NCBI GenBank assembly: GCA_963750895.1 | Contig: CAVVSD010000006.1 | Coordinates: 1,443,525 to 1,507,524 of the forward strand | Length of the DNA stretch: 64,000 nt | From: an uncultured Solirubrobacterales bacterium | GTDB taxonomy: Bacteria > Actinomycetota > Thermoleophilia > Solirubrobacterales > Solirubrobacteraceae | Reading direction: 5' to 3' | In this document: positions 36,210 through 45,002 of the stretch, piece after piece | Numbering within the stretch: position 1 is the stretch's first letter | How the letters are laid out: each line of letters starts with the position of its first letter | The notes under the pieces: generated by a model | What the model was told of the DNA's origin: nothing | The model's input: the letters and a program-made list of their open reading frames with translations, nothing else | The model's database searches: none | Made by a program: the position numbers and the translations under genes

Positions 36210-37605
36210 ATGCGACCCCTGCCGATCAGCGCCCATCTCGCCAGCCCCCGACGGCTGCTCCCCGTGGGCGCCGGCCTGCTCCTGGCGGTCCTGTGGCCGG
36301 TCACCGCGTACCGCGTCTCGCCGGTGCTGCTGCCCGCCGTGCTCGCGCTCTGCGGCCTCGCGGTCGTCGTCCTGCGCCGCCCCGCGGCCGGGGTCGCGGC
36401 GGTCCTCGCGCTGACCCCGCTGCAGAACCTGACGATCGGCGGCGTCCGGCCGATGAACCTCGTCATCCCCGCGATCGCGGCGGGCCTCGTCGGCCTCATC
36501 CTCCTGCGGCCTACGGAGCCGGTGCGCGGCCCCGGCTTCCTCCTGCAGGCCGGCCGCGCTCGCGATGGTCCTCGCCGGGCTGGCCTCGTCGCTCCTGGCG
36601 ATCGACCCCGCCCGGTCGGTCAACGACATGACCGTCCTGCTCGTCGCGGCGGCGCTGCTGTTCGTGACGATGGAGTGCGGACGCACGCGCGAGGACGTCC
36701 TGCTCATCGTCGCGGGCGCCGCGGCGGGGCTGCTCGTCGCGGCCGGGCACGGCCTGCTGCAGCAGGCGTCCGGGAGCTTCGAGGCCTTCACCGCCGACAC
36801 GAGCCTGGACACCATCGGGCGCATCCAGGGCGCCTTCGGCCACCCGAACGCGTACGGCAGCTTCCTCGCGCTCCTCATGCCCGTCGCCGGCGCGCTGGCC
36901 CTGACGCGCGCGGCGAGCGCGCCCATGCGGCTCCTCGGCGCCGCCGCGCTCGCGCTCGCCGTGCCCGCCATCGTCCTGAGCTACTCCCGCGGCGCGATCG
37001 GCGCGGTGGTCGTCGGGACGCTGCTCTGGCTCGCCTTCGCCCGCCCGCGCGCCGCGCTCGGGCTCGCCGCCCTCGTCGCGATCCTGGGGGTGTCCTTCGC
37101 GCCGTCGGTCGTCCAGGAGCGCTTCGCGGAGACCTCGTCGGACGTGCCGCTGCGCTCGGACATCTGGCACGCGGCGCTCGACATCTACTCCCAGCACCCC
37201 GTGTTCGGGGCGGGGCTCAGCAACTTCTCCGAGGCCTACGAGAGCCTGCCGGCGACGATCCCCGGCGGCGCGCAGCGGCGGCTCCTGCACGAGACGCAGC
37301 TGCTCGTCCCGCCCCACGCCCAGAACCTGTACCTGAACGTCCTGGCCGAGCAGGGGATCGTGGGCTTCGCCGCGCTCCTCGTGTTCCTCGTCACGACGCT
37401 GTGGGTGCTCGTCGCCGCCACGCGCAGCCGAGAACCCACCGCGCGGGTGCTCGCCATCGGGATCGGTGCCGGCCTGCTCGGCTTCCTGCTGCAGAGCGGG
37501 CTCGACGCGCTGCTGTTCGGCGAGCACGCGGCGCCGATCTTCGCCCTCGCGGGTGTCGGCGCATGCCTGCTGCGCCTCGCCCGCGAGGCCGACGCCGAGG
37601 CCTGA
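36210..37605 (+). pseudogene. O-antigen ligase/polymerase (Wzy/WaaL-like) family membrane protein with one frame change
   Basis: The N-terminal 3-4 TM are in the frame of ORF 36186..38339. The remainder (ORF 36565..37605) contains SYSRGAIGAVVVG...HAQNLYLNVLAEQGIVG, typical of the family. The junction is near 36545-36556. Confidence 0.7.
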
Positions 37606-37616
37606 GCCGGGCGGGG

Positions 37617-38354
37617 TCAGGCGACGGGCTTCGTCGCCTCGAGCGTCATGGCCTCGACGGTGTTCTGCCACGGGGGACCGTGGTTCTCGAGGCCGTTGAG
37701 CTCGGCATGCGGGCTGGATTCGAACTCACGGCGGGCGACGTCGACGAACCCGGCCTCCCGCAGCTTCGCCGCGAGGTCGTCCTCGTCGTAGACCCAGGCG
37801 TGGCCCCAGAGGCGCATGAAGTCGTTGAACATCTGGCAGGGACGCTCGTGCGTCTTGCCGCTGATCGCGTCGAGGAACGGGATGTACTGCTCGAGGCGCA
37901 TCTCCGGGTTGCGGTCCTCGTAGAGGGCGATGATCTTGCGCAGATCGGGGGTCGTGAGCCGCACGACGCCGCCGGGCCGCAGCACGCGGTACATCTCCGC
38001 GAGCGCACGCCGGCCGACGTCCTCGGGCACGTGCTCGATGACGTGCTCGCCGAACACGTACTGCATGCAGCCGTCGGGGAGCGGCATCCGGCGGGCCATG
38101 TCGAGGTACAGGTCGCCCCCGACGAGGTCGGAGTTCAGCCAGCCCGGGAGCGTCACGGGCCCCGAGCCGATCTGCAGCCGCGGCGCGGCCGTGTCGGCGA
38201 CGTAGCGGTCGACGATGCGCCGCCCGCGGACGTGGCCGTGGCTGAGGAAGAACGGCAGCGACCGCGCCCGGAGCCACGCGTGCGTCACCGCAGGCCGCTC
38301 GGCCGCTCGTCTGCCGACAGGGGTGCTCTTGAGGCGTGATATCGCGCTGGTCAT
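37617..38354 (-). CDS. Class I SAM-dependent methyltransferase (type 11-like)
   Basis: GEHVIEHVPEDVGRRALAEMYRVLRPGGVVRLTTPD. The start is taken at MTSAISRL; the ORF track extends to 38474. Confidence 0.7.
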   Translation of the reverse strand: MTSAISRLKSTPVGRRAAERPAVTHAWLRARSLPFFLSHGHVRGRRIVDRYVADTAAPRLQIGSGPVTLPGWLNSDLVGGDLYLDMARRMPLPDGCMQYVFGEHVIEHVPEDVGRRALAEMYRVLRPGGVVRLTTPDLRKIIALYEDRNPEMRLEQYIPFLDAISGKTHERPCQMFNDFMRLWGHAWVYDEDDLAAKLREAGFVDVARREFESSPHAELNGLENHGPPWQNTVEAMTLEATKPVA

Positions 38355-38465
38355 CAGGCGAAACTCTAGTTCCTGGCGCATAGGCGACGCCAGTCCGGTC
38401 TGCAAAAGAACGCTTTTCGGGTCGTCGAGCCTATCCCGCACGCTCCGTTTTCCGTAGTGTCTGAT

Positions 38466-38487
38466 TTGAAGCAACTTGGTGCTTCAA
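38466..38487. promoter_or_regulatory. Perfect 8-6-8 palindrome in the divergent promoter region upstream of the priming sugar transferase
   Basis: TTGAAGCA-acttgg-TGCTTCAA, 40 nt upstream of the ATG at 38528, within an AT-richer 170-nt intergenic region. Confidence 0.35.
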
Positions 38488-38527
38488 GGCGTGACAGAAC
38501 CCGCAACGGAAGGCCGCCAGACCCGAG

Positions 38528-40039
38528 ATGCCCGTTCGAGCCCGCCCAGCACCCTCGCGCCCGCTCGGGGGCTCGGGTCCTGTCGGGCACGGCGCTCCAC
38601 CGGGGCCGGCGCCACCCACGCCGAAACGCAGGCGCGAACGGCTGACGCTCGCCTTCGTGGCAGCGGACATCGGGGCGATGCTCGTCGCCGCGCTGACGGT
38701 CGCGCTCGTCGCGAAACCGATGCAGGCGGACCTGCTCCTGCTGCTCGCCGCGATCGTGCTGTCGTTCCTGGCGCTGGCGTTCAACGGGCTGTACGAGCAG
38801 GACGACGTCGGTCCCGGCCACTCCACGCCCGACGAGATCATGCGCATCGCGATCTCGGTCACGCTCGGCGCGTGGGCCGCATGCGTGATCGGCATGGTCG
38901 CGCGCTCCGCCGAGCTCGGCATCGTCGCCGCCTTCTGGATCGCCGCCCTCGTCGACGTCATCGCGCTGCGCGCGGTCACGCGGGCGATCTGCCAGCGCCG
39001 TGCGTGGTTCCGCCAGGGCGTCGTCGTCGTCGGCGCCGGCAGGGTCGGACACCTCGTCGCCGACAAGTACGGCAAGCACCCCGAGTTCGGGGTCGACGTC
39101 CTCGGCTTCGTCGACGACGACCCCCTGACGGAGATCCCGCTCGGCAGCACGCCGCCGCTCCTGGGCGGGCTCGACGACCTGCCCGACCTCATCCACCGCC
39201 TGCACGTGGACCGCGTCCTGGTCGCCTTCTCCCGGGAGAGCCCGGACGAGATGCTCACGGTGCTGCGCGCCGTCCGCACCTGCGACGTGCACCTGGACAT
39301 CGTCCCGCGCTACTTCGACCTCGTCGGCCCGAGCGCCACCATGCACCAGCTCGAGGGCGTGGGCATCGTCGGGCTCCCGCCGGCGCGGCCGTCGCGCCAT
39401 GCGCTGGCGGCCAAGCGGGCGCTCGACGTCGCGGTGTCCGGGGTGCTGCTCCTGGTGCTGGCACCGCTGCTCGTGCTGCTGTCGCTGCTCGTCCGGCTCG
39501 ACAGCCGCGGCCCCACCCTGTACCGGGGGCAGCGGATCGGGCGCGGCGGGCGCGAGATCGAGCTGCGGAAGTTCCGGACGATGCACCCGGATGCCGAAGC
39601 GCGGCTCGCCGAGCTGCTGACCGACGACGACACCCGGCGTGAGTTCGAGGCCACGCACAAGCTCGCACGCGACCCGCGGGTGACCCGGCTGGGCGGCTGG
39701 CTGCGGCAGACCTCGCTCGACGAGCTGCCCCAGCTGGTCAACGTCTTCCGCGGCGAGCTCTCGCTCGTCGGCCCCCGCCCCGTCACCAAGCACGAGTGGG
39801 ACCTGCGGTTCGGCACCGACTGCGCGCCCGCAGCGACGAATCTCCCCGGCTACTGGCACGTCGACGAGCTGCGGCCGGGGCTGACCGGCTACTGGCAGGT
39901 CAGCGGGCGCTCGGTCACGACGTTCGAGGAGCGCATGCGCCTGGACATGGGCTACCTGTCGAGCTGGTCGCTGCGCTTCGACCTCTACATCCTCGCCCGC
40001 ACGATCCGCGCCGTGCTGGCGCGCGACGGGGCCTACTAG
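38528..40039 (+). CDS. Exopolysaccharide-type polyprenyl-phosphate glycosyl-phosphotransferase (bacterial sugar transferase, WbaP/CpsE-like)
   Basis: N-terminal TM segments plus the C-terminal RLDSRGPTLYRGQRIGRGGREIELRKFRTM...DELPQLVNVFRGELSLVGPRP...PGLTGYWQVSGRS. Confidence 0.85.
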   Translation: MPVRARPAPSRPLGGSGPVGHGAPPGPAPPTPKRRRERLTLAFVAADIGAMLVAALTVALVAKPMQADLLLLLAAIVLSFLALAFNGLYEQDDVGPGHSTPDEIMRIAISVTLGAWAACVIGMVARSAELGIVAAFWIAALVDVIALRAVTRAICQRRAWFRQGVVVVGAGRVGHLVADKYGKHPEFGVDVLGFVDDDPLTEIPLGSTPPLLGGLDDLPDLIHRLHVDRVLVAFSRESPDEMLTVLRAVRTCDVHLDIVPRYFDLVGPSATMHQLEGVGIVGLPPARPSRHALAAKRALDVAVSGVLLLVLAPLLVLLSLLVRLDSRGPTLYRGQRIGRGGREIELRKFRTMHPDAEARLAELLTDDDTRREFEATHKLARDPRVTRLGGWLRQTSLDELPQLVNVFRGELSLVGPRPVTKHEWDLRFGTDCAPAATNLPGYWHVDELRPGLTGYWQVSGRSVTTFEERMRLDMGYLSSWSLRFDLYILARTIRAVLARDGAY

Positions 40040-40953
40040 GCCGTCGGCACCGAGAGGCGCAGCCGGCGCCCGGCGCCGGCGCGCGCGGCGGGGAGGCCCA
40101 GCGAGGACTCACGCAGCAGCGCGCGGGGATCGCACAGCGCCGAGCGGACCATCGGCCGGGCAGCGTCGCGCCAGCGGCCGCGCGAGGCGTAGACGCGGGC
40201 CGCCTTCGCGTCGAGCATCGCGTGCGCGCGCCGCTCGAGCCGGGTGCCGCGGCGCTCCGGGTGGCGCTCGAAGAAGCGCTCGACGATCCGCCGCGCATCG
40301 CGCATGCCGGCCTCGATCCTCGCCGTCAGCGCGTTGTCGTGCCGGCGGTAGAGCGTCGCGGTGCGCCGCTCCCCCACGACCCGCGCGTGCTCGAACGCGC
40401 GCAGGATGAAGTCCCAGTCCTGCGAGACGATCAGCTCGTCGTCCCAGTCGCCGGTGCGCTCCACGACCGCGCGCGGGAACAGCAGCGCGTGGGGCCGGAT
40501 GTTGACCCGGCCGAGCAGCGTCGCCTCCGCGAGCGCGCCCTGCTGGCGCGACACCATCGTCCACAGCGGACGCATCCGCTCGTCGCAGTAGGTCGTCGCG
40601 CCGTACGCGACGTGGTCCGCGCGGCCGTCGAGCAGGTCCAGGAGCCGCCGCGTGCTGCCGGGCTCGAGGAGGTCGTCGGCGTCGATGTAGCGCAGGTACG
40701 CGCCGCGGGCGGCGGCCTGACCGGCGGTGCGGGCGCGCGAGAGGCCGCCGTGGTCGACCCGGACGTGGCGCAGCCGCGGGTCGCGGACGTCCGCGAGGAG
40801 GTCGGCGATCGGCTGGTCGTTGCCGTCGTCGACGACGATGAGCTCGAGGTCGCAGCCCTCCTGGCCCAGGGCGCTCGCGACGGCGTCCCGCAGCCACGGG
40901 ACGTTCGGCCGCCACGCGGGCATCATGAGCGAGACGGTGGGCGCCGAGGTCAC
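40036..40953 (-). CDS. Family 2 glycosyltransferase (paralogue of 41705..42610)
   Basis: VSLMMPAWRPN...ELIVVDDGNDQP...YIDADD. The GTG at 40953 overlaps the upstream stop (GTGA). Confidence 0.75.
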   Translation of the reverse strand: MTSAPTVSLMMPAWRPNVPWLRDAVASALGQEGCDLELIVVDDGNDQPIADLLADVRDPRLRHVRVDHGGLSRARTAGQAAARGAYLRYIDADDLLEPGSTRRLLDLLDGRADHVAYGATTYCDERMRPLWTMVSRQQGALAEATLLGRVNIRPHALLFPRAVVERTGDWDDELIVSQDWDFILRAFEHARVVGERRTATLYRRHDNALTARIEAGMRDARRIVERFFERHPERRGTRLERRAHAMLDAKAARVYASRGRWRDAARPMVRSALCDPRALLRESSLGLPAARAGAGRRLRLSVPTA

Positions 40954-41699
40954 CCGCGCCGCCCCCCGAGCCTCGACCGGGCGGCGGCCCGCAGCCGCCG
41001 CGAGTCGGTGCGCACGGCGCGCGGCAGGAGCTGCAGCGACGGCTTGAGCGCGGGCTGCGCGTGGCGGATCGTGTGGAGCCCCGGATGCACGACGTCGGCC
41101 TGCGCCGGCGGCTCCGGGTCCAGCCCGAGCGCGGCGGCCCGCTCGTGCTCGATGAACAGCAGCGTGTTCTGGGCGTACCACGGCTCGACGGCGGGGTCGG
41201 TCCAGACCGCCGGCCGGACGACGTCGTGGACGCCGAAGCCCAGCTCCGCGAACCGCCCGATCCAGTGGCTCTGCCACTGCTCGTTGACGTGGTGTCTGCC
41301 GCCCTGGAAGGGGATCGCCGCGGAGAACAGCACGGCGGGCGCGTGACGGGTGAGCGAGCTCAGCAGCGTGTCGGCGGCGCCGGCGGGGAGGTGCTCGGCG
41401 ACCTCCAGGCAGAGCGCCAGGTCGAAGCCGCGGCCGAGATCGAGCGGCGTGCAGAGGTCGTGGGACACGAACAGGTCCGGCGCGACGGCCAGCGCCTCGA
41501 GCGCGACCCAGTCGCCGTCCACGCCCGTGACCTCCGTCGCGCCGCACTCGAGCGCGACGCTCGCCCAGGTGCCGATGCCGCACCCGACGTCGAGCACCGA
41601 CGACGCCCGCGTGAGCGCGAGCACCGCCGGCAGGATGCGCCGTGCGGAGCTGACGGAGCCCGCCTCGCGGACCTCGAAGAAGTGCTCGGTGTACGGCAC
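40950..41699 (-). CDS. Class I SAM-dependent methyltransferase
   Basis: VLDVGCGIGTWASVALECGATEVTGVDG...FDLALCLEVAEHLP. GTG start 5 nt after the upstream stop. Confidence 0.7.
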   Translation of the reverse strand: MPYTEHFFEVREAGSVSSARRILPAVLALTRASSVLDVGCGIGTWASVALECGATEVTGVDGDWVALEALAVAPDLFVSHDLCTPLDLGRGFDLALCLEVAEHLPAGAADTLLSSLTRHAPAVLFSAAIPFQGGRHHVNEQWQSHWIGRFAELGFGVHDVVRPAVWTDPAVEPWYAQNTLLFIEHERAAALGLDPEPPAQADVVHPGLHTIRHAQPALKPSLQLLPRAVRTDSRRLRAAARSRLGGRRG

Positions 41700-41704
41700 G
41701 GCGC

Positions 41705-42610
41705 TCAGGCGACCGCCGCGACCGCCGGCCGGGCGGGAGCGGTGCGCCGGTTCCCACGCGCCCACACTGCGGGCAGCGCCTGGCCGAACTCCGTGACCAC
41801 CGCGCGCGGGCTGCGGGCGGCCGCGTCGAGCACGAGCGGGACCGCCGTCGCGACGTGGCCGCGCTGCAGCGCGATGCGGGCGTCGCGGGCCCGCAGCATC
41901 CCCAGCGCACGCCGCTGGAGCCCCGTGCCCCGATGCTCGGGGTGGCGCTCGAAGAAGCGCTCGACGACCGCGCGGCGACCCTCGCTGCCCGCCGTCGTGT
42001 CCGCCGTCGCGGAGTCGCCATGGCGGCGGTAGAACACGCCGACGCCGTCCCCGCCGCGCACCTCGGCGTGCTCGACGGCGCGCAGGCAGAAGTCCCAGTC
42101 CTGGCACACGCGGAAGCTCGTGTCCCACGCGCCGGTGAGGTCGATGACCGCCCGCGGGAACAGCATCGCCGGCAGCCGCACGGGGAACTGGTTGAGCAGG
42201 CAGTCGACCAGCGCTGCGCCGCGGGTCCGGGCCGACATCGTCCAGATCGGCTCGAGGTGCTCGTCGCAGAAGACGGTCGCGAGGTAGGCCAGGACGTCGT
42301 CGCGCCCGTCGACGAGCTCGAGCAGACGCGCAGTGCTGTGCGGATGCAGGACGTCGTCGGCGTCGACGAAGCGCAGGTAGCGCCCGCGCGCGACGGCGAT
42401 GCCGGCGTTGCGCCCGGCGCACTCGCCGCCGTGCGGCACCCTGACGACGGAGAGCCGCGGATCGTCGAACCCGCGGAGCAGCGGGGCGACGGGGTCCTCG
42501 TTGCCGTCGTCGACGACGATCAGCTCGACGTCGGCACCGCGCTGGTCCAGCGCGCTGCGGACGGCGTCGGCGAGCCAGTCGCCGCGCGGCCTCCAGACCG
42601 GCATGACCAT
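41705..42610 (-). CDS. Family 2 glycosyltransferase
   Basis: VSMVMPVWRPRGDW...ELIVVDDGNEDP...FVDADD. An alternative ATG is at 42658. Confidence 0.75.
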   Translation of the reverse strand: MVMPVWRPRGDWLADAVRSALDQRGADVELIVVDDGNEDPVAPLLRGFDDPRLSVVRVPHGGECAGRNAGIAVARGRYLRFVDADDVLHPHSTARLLELVDGRDDVLAYLATVFCDEHLEPIWTMSARTRGAALVDCLLNQFPVRLPAMLFPRAVIDLTGAWDTSFRVCQDWDFCLRAVEHAEVRGGDGVGVFYRRHGDSATADTTAGSEGRRAVVERFFERHPEHRGTGLQRRALGMLRARDARIALQRGHVATAVPLVLDAAARSPRAVVTEFGQALPAVWARGNRRTAPARPAVAAVA

Positions 42611-42670
42611 GCTGACCAGCGGAGCCGTGGCGTTGCATTGACCAGTCAAGAGGTGCATCATCGCACCGGA

Positions 42671-43420
42671 ATGCTCTTGCGTCCACCTCTCGTGCTCGTC
42701 TACCACGGCGTCGGTGACGTTCCCGCAGAGCACGACCCGGACCGGCTCTTCGTCGCGACCCGGACCTTCATCGGGCAGATCCGCAGCCTGCGGCGTCGCG
42801 GCTACGGCTTCGTGACCGTCGCGCAGTTCGCGGAGCGGCTGCGCGGCGGGGCGCCGCTGGACGGGCGGTGCGCCGTCACGTTCGACGACGGCGGCGCCGA
42901 CAACGCCGAGGAGCTGGCGGCGGTGACGCAGTCCCTCGAGGTGCCGGTCACGCTCTACGTGTGCCCGGACCTGCTGGGCCGGCCGCACCCCTTCGTCGCG
43001 CCGGAGTCCGGGCGCCGGCTCATGGACGCCGACCAGCTGCGCGACCTCGCCCGCCTCCCCGGGATCGAGATCGGCTCGCACACGCGGACGCACCGCGACC
43101 TCTCGCGTGCGGACGTCAGCGAGGCCTTCGAGGAGATGTCGAGCTCGAAGACGGCGCTGGAGGAGCTCGTCGACCGCGAGGTCGTGAGCTTCGCCTACCC
43201 GTCGTGCGGCTACTCGGAGGACTGCCCCGCGGCGGCGGAGCTCGCGGGCTACACGAGCGCGGTCACCTGCGGACCGCGCGGCGGCCGCTCGCCGTACGAG
43301 CTGCGGCGGGACATGATCGGCACGCACGACAGGGGCCTGCGCTTCGCCTTGAAGTCGCGCGGCGCGGCCCATGCTGCCCGGCGCCCGAGGCGCTGGCTCA
43401 CCGAGGTACGGAGACCATGA
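42671..43420 (+). CDS. Polysaccharide deacetylase (CE4 / NodB homology) family protein
   Basis: LVYHGV...VTFDDGGADN...IGSHTRTHRDLS...FAYPSCGYS. Confidence 0.75.
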   Translation: MLLRPPLVLVYHGVGDVPAEHDPDRLFVATRTFIGQIRSLRRRGYGFVTVAQFAERLRGGAPLDGRCAVTFDDGGADNAEELAAVTQSLEVPVTLYVCPDLLGRPHPFVAPESGRRLMDADQLRDLARLPGIEIGSHTRTHRDLSRADVSEAFEEMSSSKTALEELVDREVVSFAYPSCGYSEDCPAAAELAGYTSAVTCGPRGGRSPYELRRDMIGTHDRGLRFALKSRGAAHAARRPRRWLTEVRRP

Positions 43421-44064
43421 TCACGAGGATCCAGAAGGCCGCCGAGTGGCGGATGCGGGGCATGGCCGCGGACGTGCGGCTCGCCGACTACCAGCCGTTC
43501 TTCCTGCCGACGGCCACACAGTGGACCGACGGGTACCGCGACGGCGGATGGGACTACCTCGCCGACCTCGTCGAGCGCCCGCGCTACAGCGTCATCCTCG
43601 GCTACCTCGACGTCCTGGGCGGGTGGCCGTCGATCCTCGACGTCGGCTGCGGCGCGGGGCTCATGCGCGAGCGCATCGGGGACCGTGCCTTCTCGAGCTA
43701 CGTCGGGATCGACATCGCCGAGGATGCGATCCGCGCGGCGGACGCGCTGGCCGACGAGAGCACGTCGTTCGTCCACGGCGATCTCGTGGACACCGACGTC
43801 GGCGAGCCCGGGTCCTTCGACGTCGCGATCTGCGAGGAGGTCCTCTACTGCGCGTCGGACCCCGACGCGCTGCTGCGGCGGGTGCACGAGCTCGTCCGCC
43901 CGGGCGGGCACCTGCTCACGTCGAGCATGCGGCACTGGGGCGACCTGGCGCTGCAGCGGATGATCGAGGAGCGCTTCGACCTCGTCGACAGCGTCGACGT
44001 GCGCAACCGCGGGTCGCGCGCCCGCCGGCGCGGGTGGCGCATCACGTGCCACCGTCGGCGTTGA
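43417..44064 (+). CDS. Class I SAM-dependent methyltransferase
   Basis: ILDVGCGAGLM...YVGIDIAEDAI...FDVAICEEVLYC...VRPGGHLL. ATGA overlap with the deacetylase stop. Confidence 0.7.
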   Translation: MITRIQKAAEWRMRGMAADVRLADYQPFFLPTATQWTDGYRDGGWDYLADLVERPRYSVILGYLDVLGGWPSILDVGCGAGLMRERIGDRAFSSYVGIDIAEDAIRAADALADESTSFVHGDLVDTDVGEPGSFDVAICEEVLYCASDPDALLRRVHELVRPGGHLLTSSMRHWGDLALQRMIEERFDLVDSVDVRNRGSRARRRGWRITCHRRR

Positions 44065-44998
44065 GCACGCGGACCGGCGCGCCGTCGAGCCACGCCTCGA
44101 TGTCCTCCACCGCCTCGGCGAACATCCCGCGGAAGGTCTCCTCGGTCGCGTAGCCCAGGTGCGGGGTCAGCAGCGTCCGCGGCGCGGTCCGCAGCGGGTG
44201 GCCGGGCGGCAGTGGCTCGACGTCGAAGACGTCCAGCCCCGCGCCGGCGATGGACCCCGTCGTCAGGGCGTCGAGGAGCGCGGGCTCCTCGACGATGGGG
44301 CCGCGCGACGTGTTGATGAGGAGCGCGTCGGGGCGCATGAGCCCGAGCTCGCGCGCCCCGAGCAGCCCGCGCGTGCGGTCGGACAGCTTCAGGTGGATCG
44401 AGACGACGTCCGACGTCCGCAGGAGGTCGTCGAGCTCGACCCGCGTGACGCCGACCTCGGCGGCGTCGGACGCCTGCAGGTTCGCGCTCCAGGCGACGAC
44501 GTCCATCCCGAACGCGAGGCCGACCGCCGCGACGCGGCGTCCCAGGCGCCCGAGCCCGAGCAGCCCGAGCCGCTTGCCGTCGAGGTCGCCCCCGGGCGAC
44601 TGCTGCCAGCCGCCGGCGCGGACCGCCGCGTCCTCCTCGCGCAGGTGCTTCACGAGGCCGAGGACGAGCGCCCACGTGAGCTCGGCGGTCGGACCCCCGC
44701 GGCTGCCCGTCCCGCAGACCACGACGCCGCGGTCGCGGGCCGCGTCGAGGTCGATCGACGCGTTCATCATCCCCGTCGTCACGAGGAGCCGCAGCGACGG
44801 CAGCCGGTCGAGCACCGCGCGCGGGAACGCGGTGCGCTCCCGCATCGCGACGACGACGTCGTACGGCGCCAGGCGCGCCGCCGGGTCGTCGAGGTGCTCG
44901 GCGATGAAGTCGACCTCGGCGCGGCCGTCCAGGCGCTCCCACGGGCCGAGCCCCCGCGCGACGGACCCGTAGTCGTCCAGGACCGCCACGCGGGTCAT
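44042..44998 (-). CDS. D-isomer-specific 2-hydroxyacid dehydrogenase family protein
   Basis: GKRLGLLGLGRLGRRVA (NAD fold), SIHLKL...INTSRGPIVEE...GAGLDVF..EPLP...TPHLGY. Confidence 0.8.
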   Translation of the reverse strand: MTRVAVLDDYGSVARGLGPWERLDGRAEVDFIAEHLDDPAARLAPYDVVVAMRERTAFPRAVLDRLPSLRLLVTTGMMNASIDLDAARDRGVVVCGTGSRGGPTAELTWALVLGLVKHLREEDAAVRAGGWQQSPGGDLDGKRLGLLGLGRLGRRVAAVGLAFGMDVVAWSANLQASDAAEVGVTRVELDDLLRTSDVVSIHLKLSDRTRGLLGARELGLMRPDALLINTSRGPIVEEPALLDALTTGSIAGAGLDVFDVEPLPPGHPLRTAPRTLLTPHLGYATEETFRGMFAEAVEDIEAWLDGAPVRVLNADGGT

Positions 44999-45002
44999 GC
45001 GG

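Noticed and set aside
37700-37735. tRNA T-arm-like sequence (GAGTTCGAATCC on the minus strand), checked as a possible tRNA or integration target
   Set aside because: It lies inside the methyltransferase coding sequence (encodes REFESS). No acceptor or anticodon stems can be drawn around it. I found no tRNA or rRNA gene in the window.
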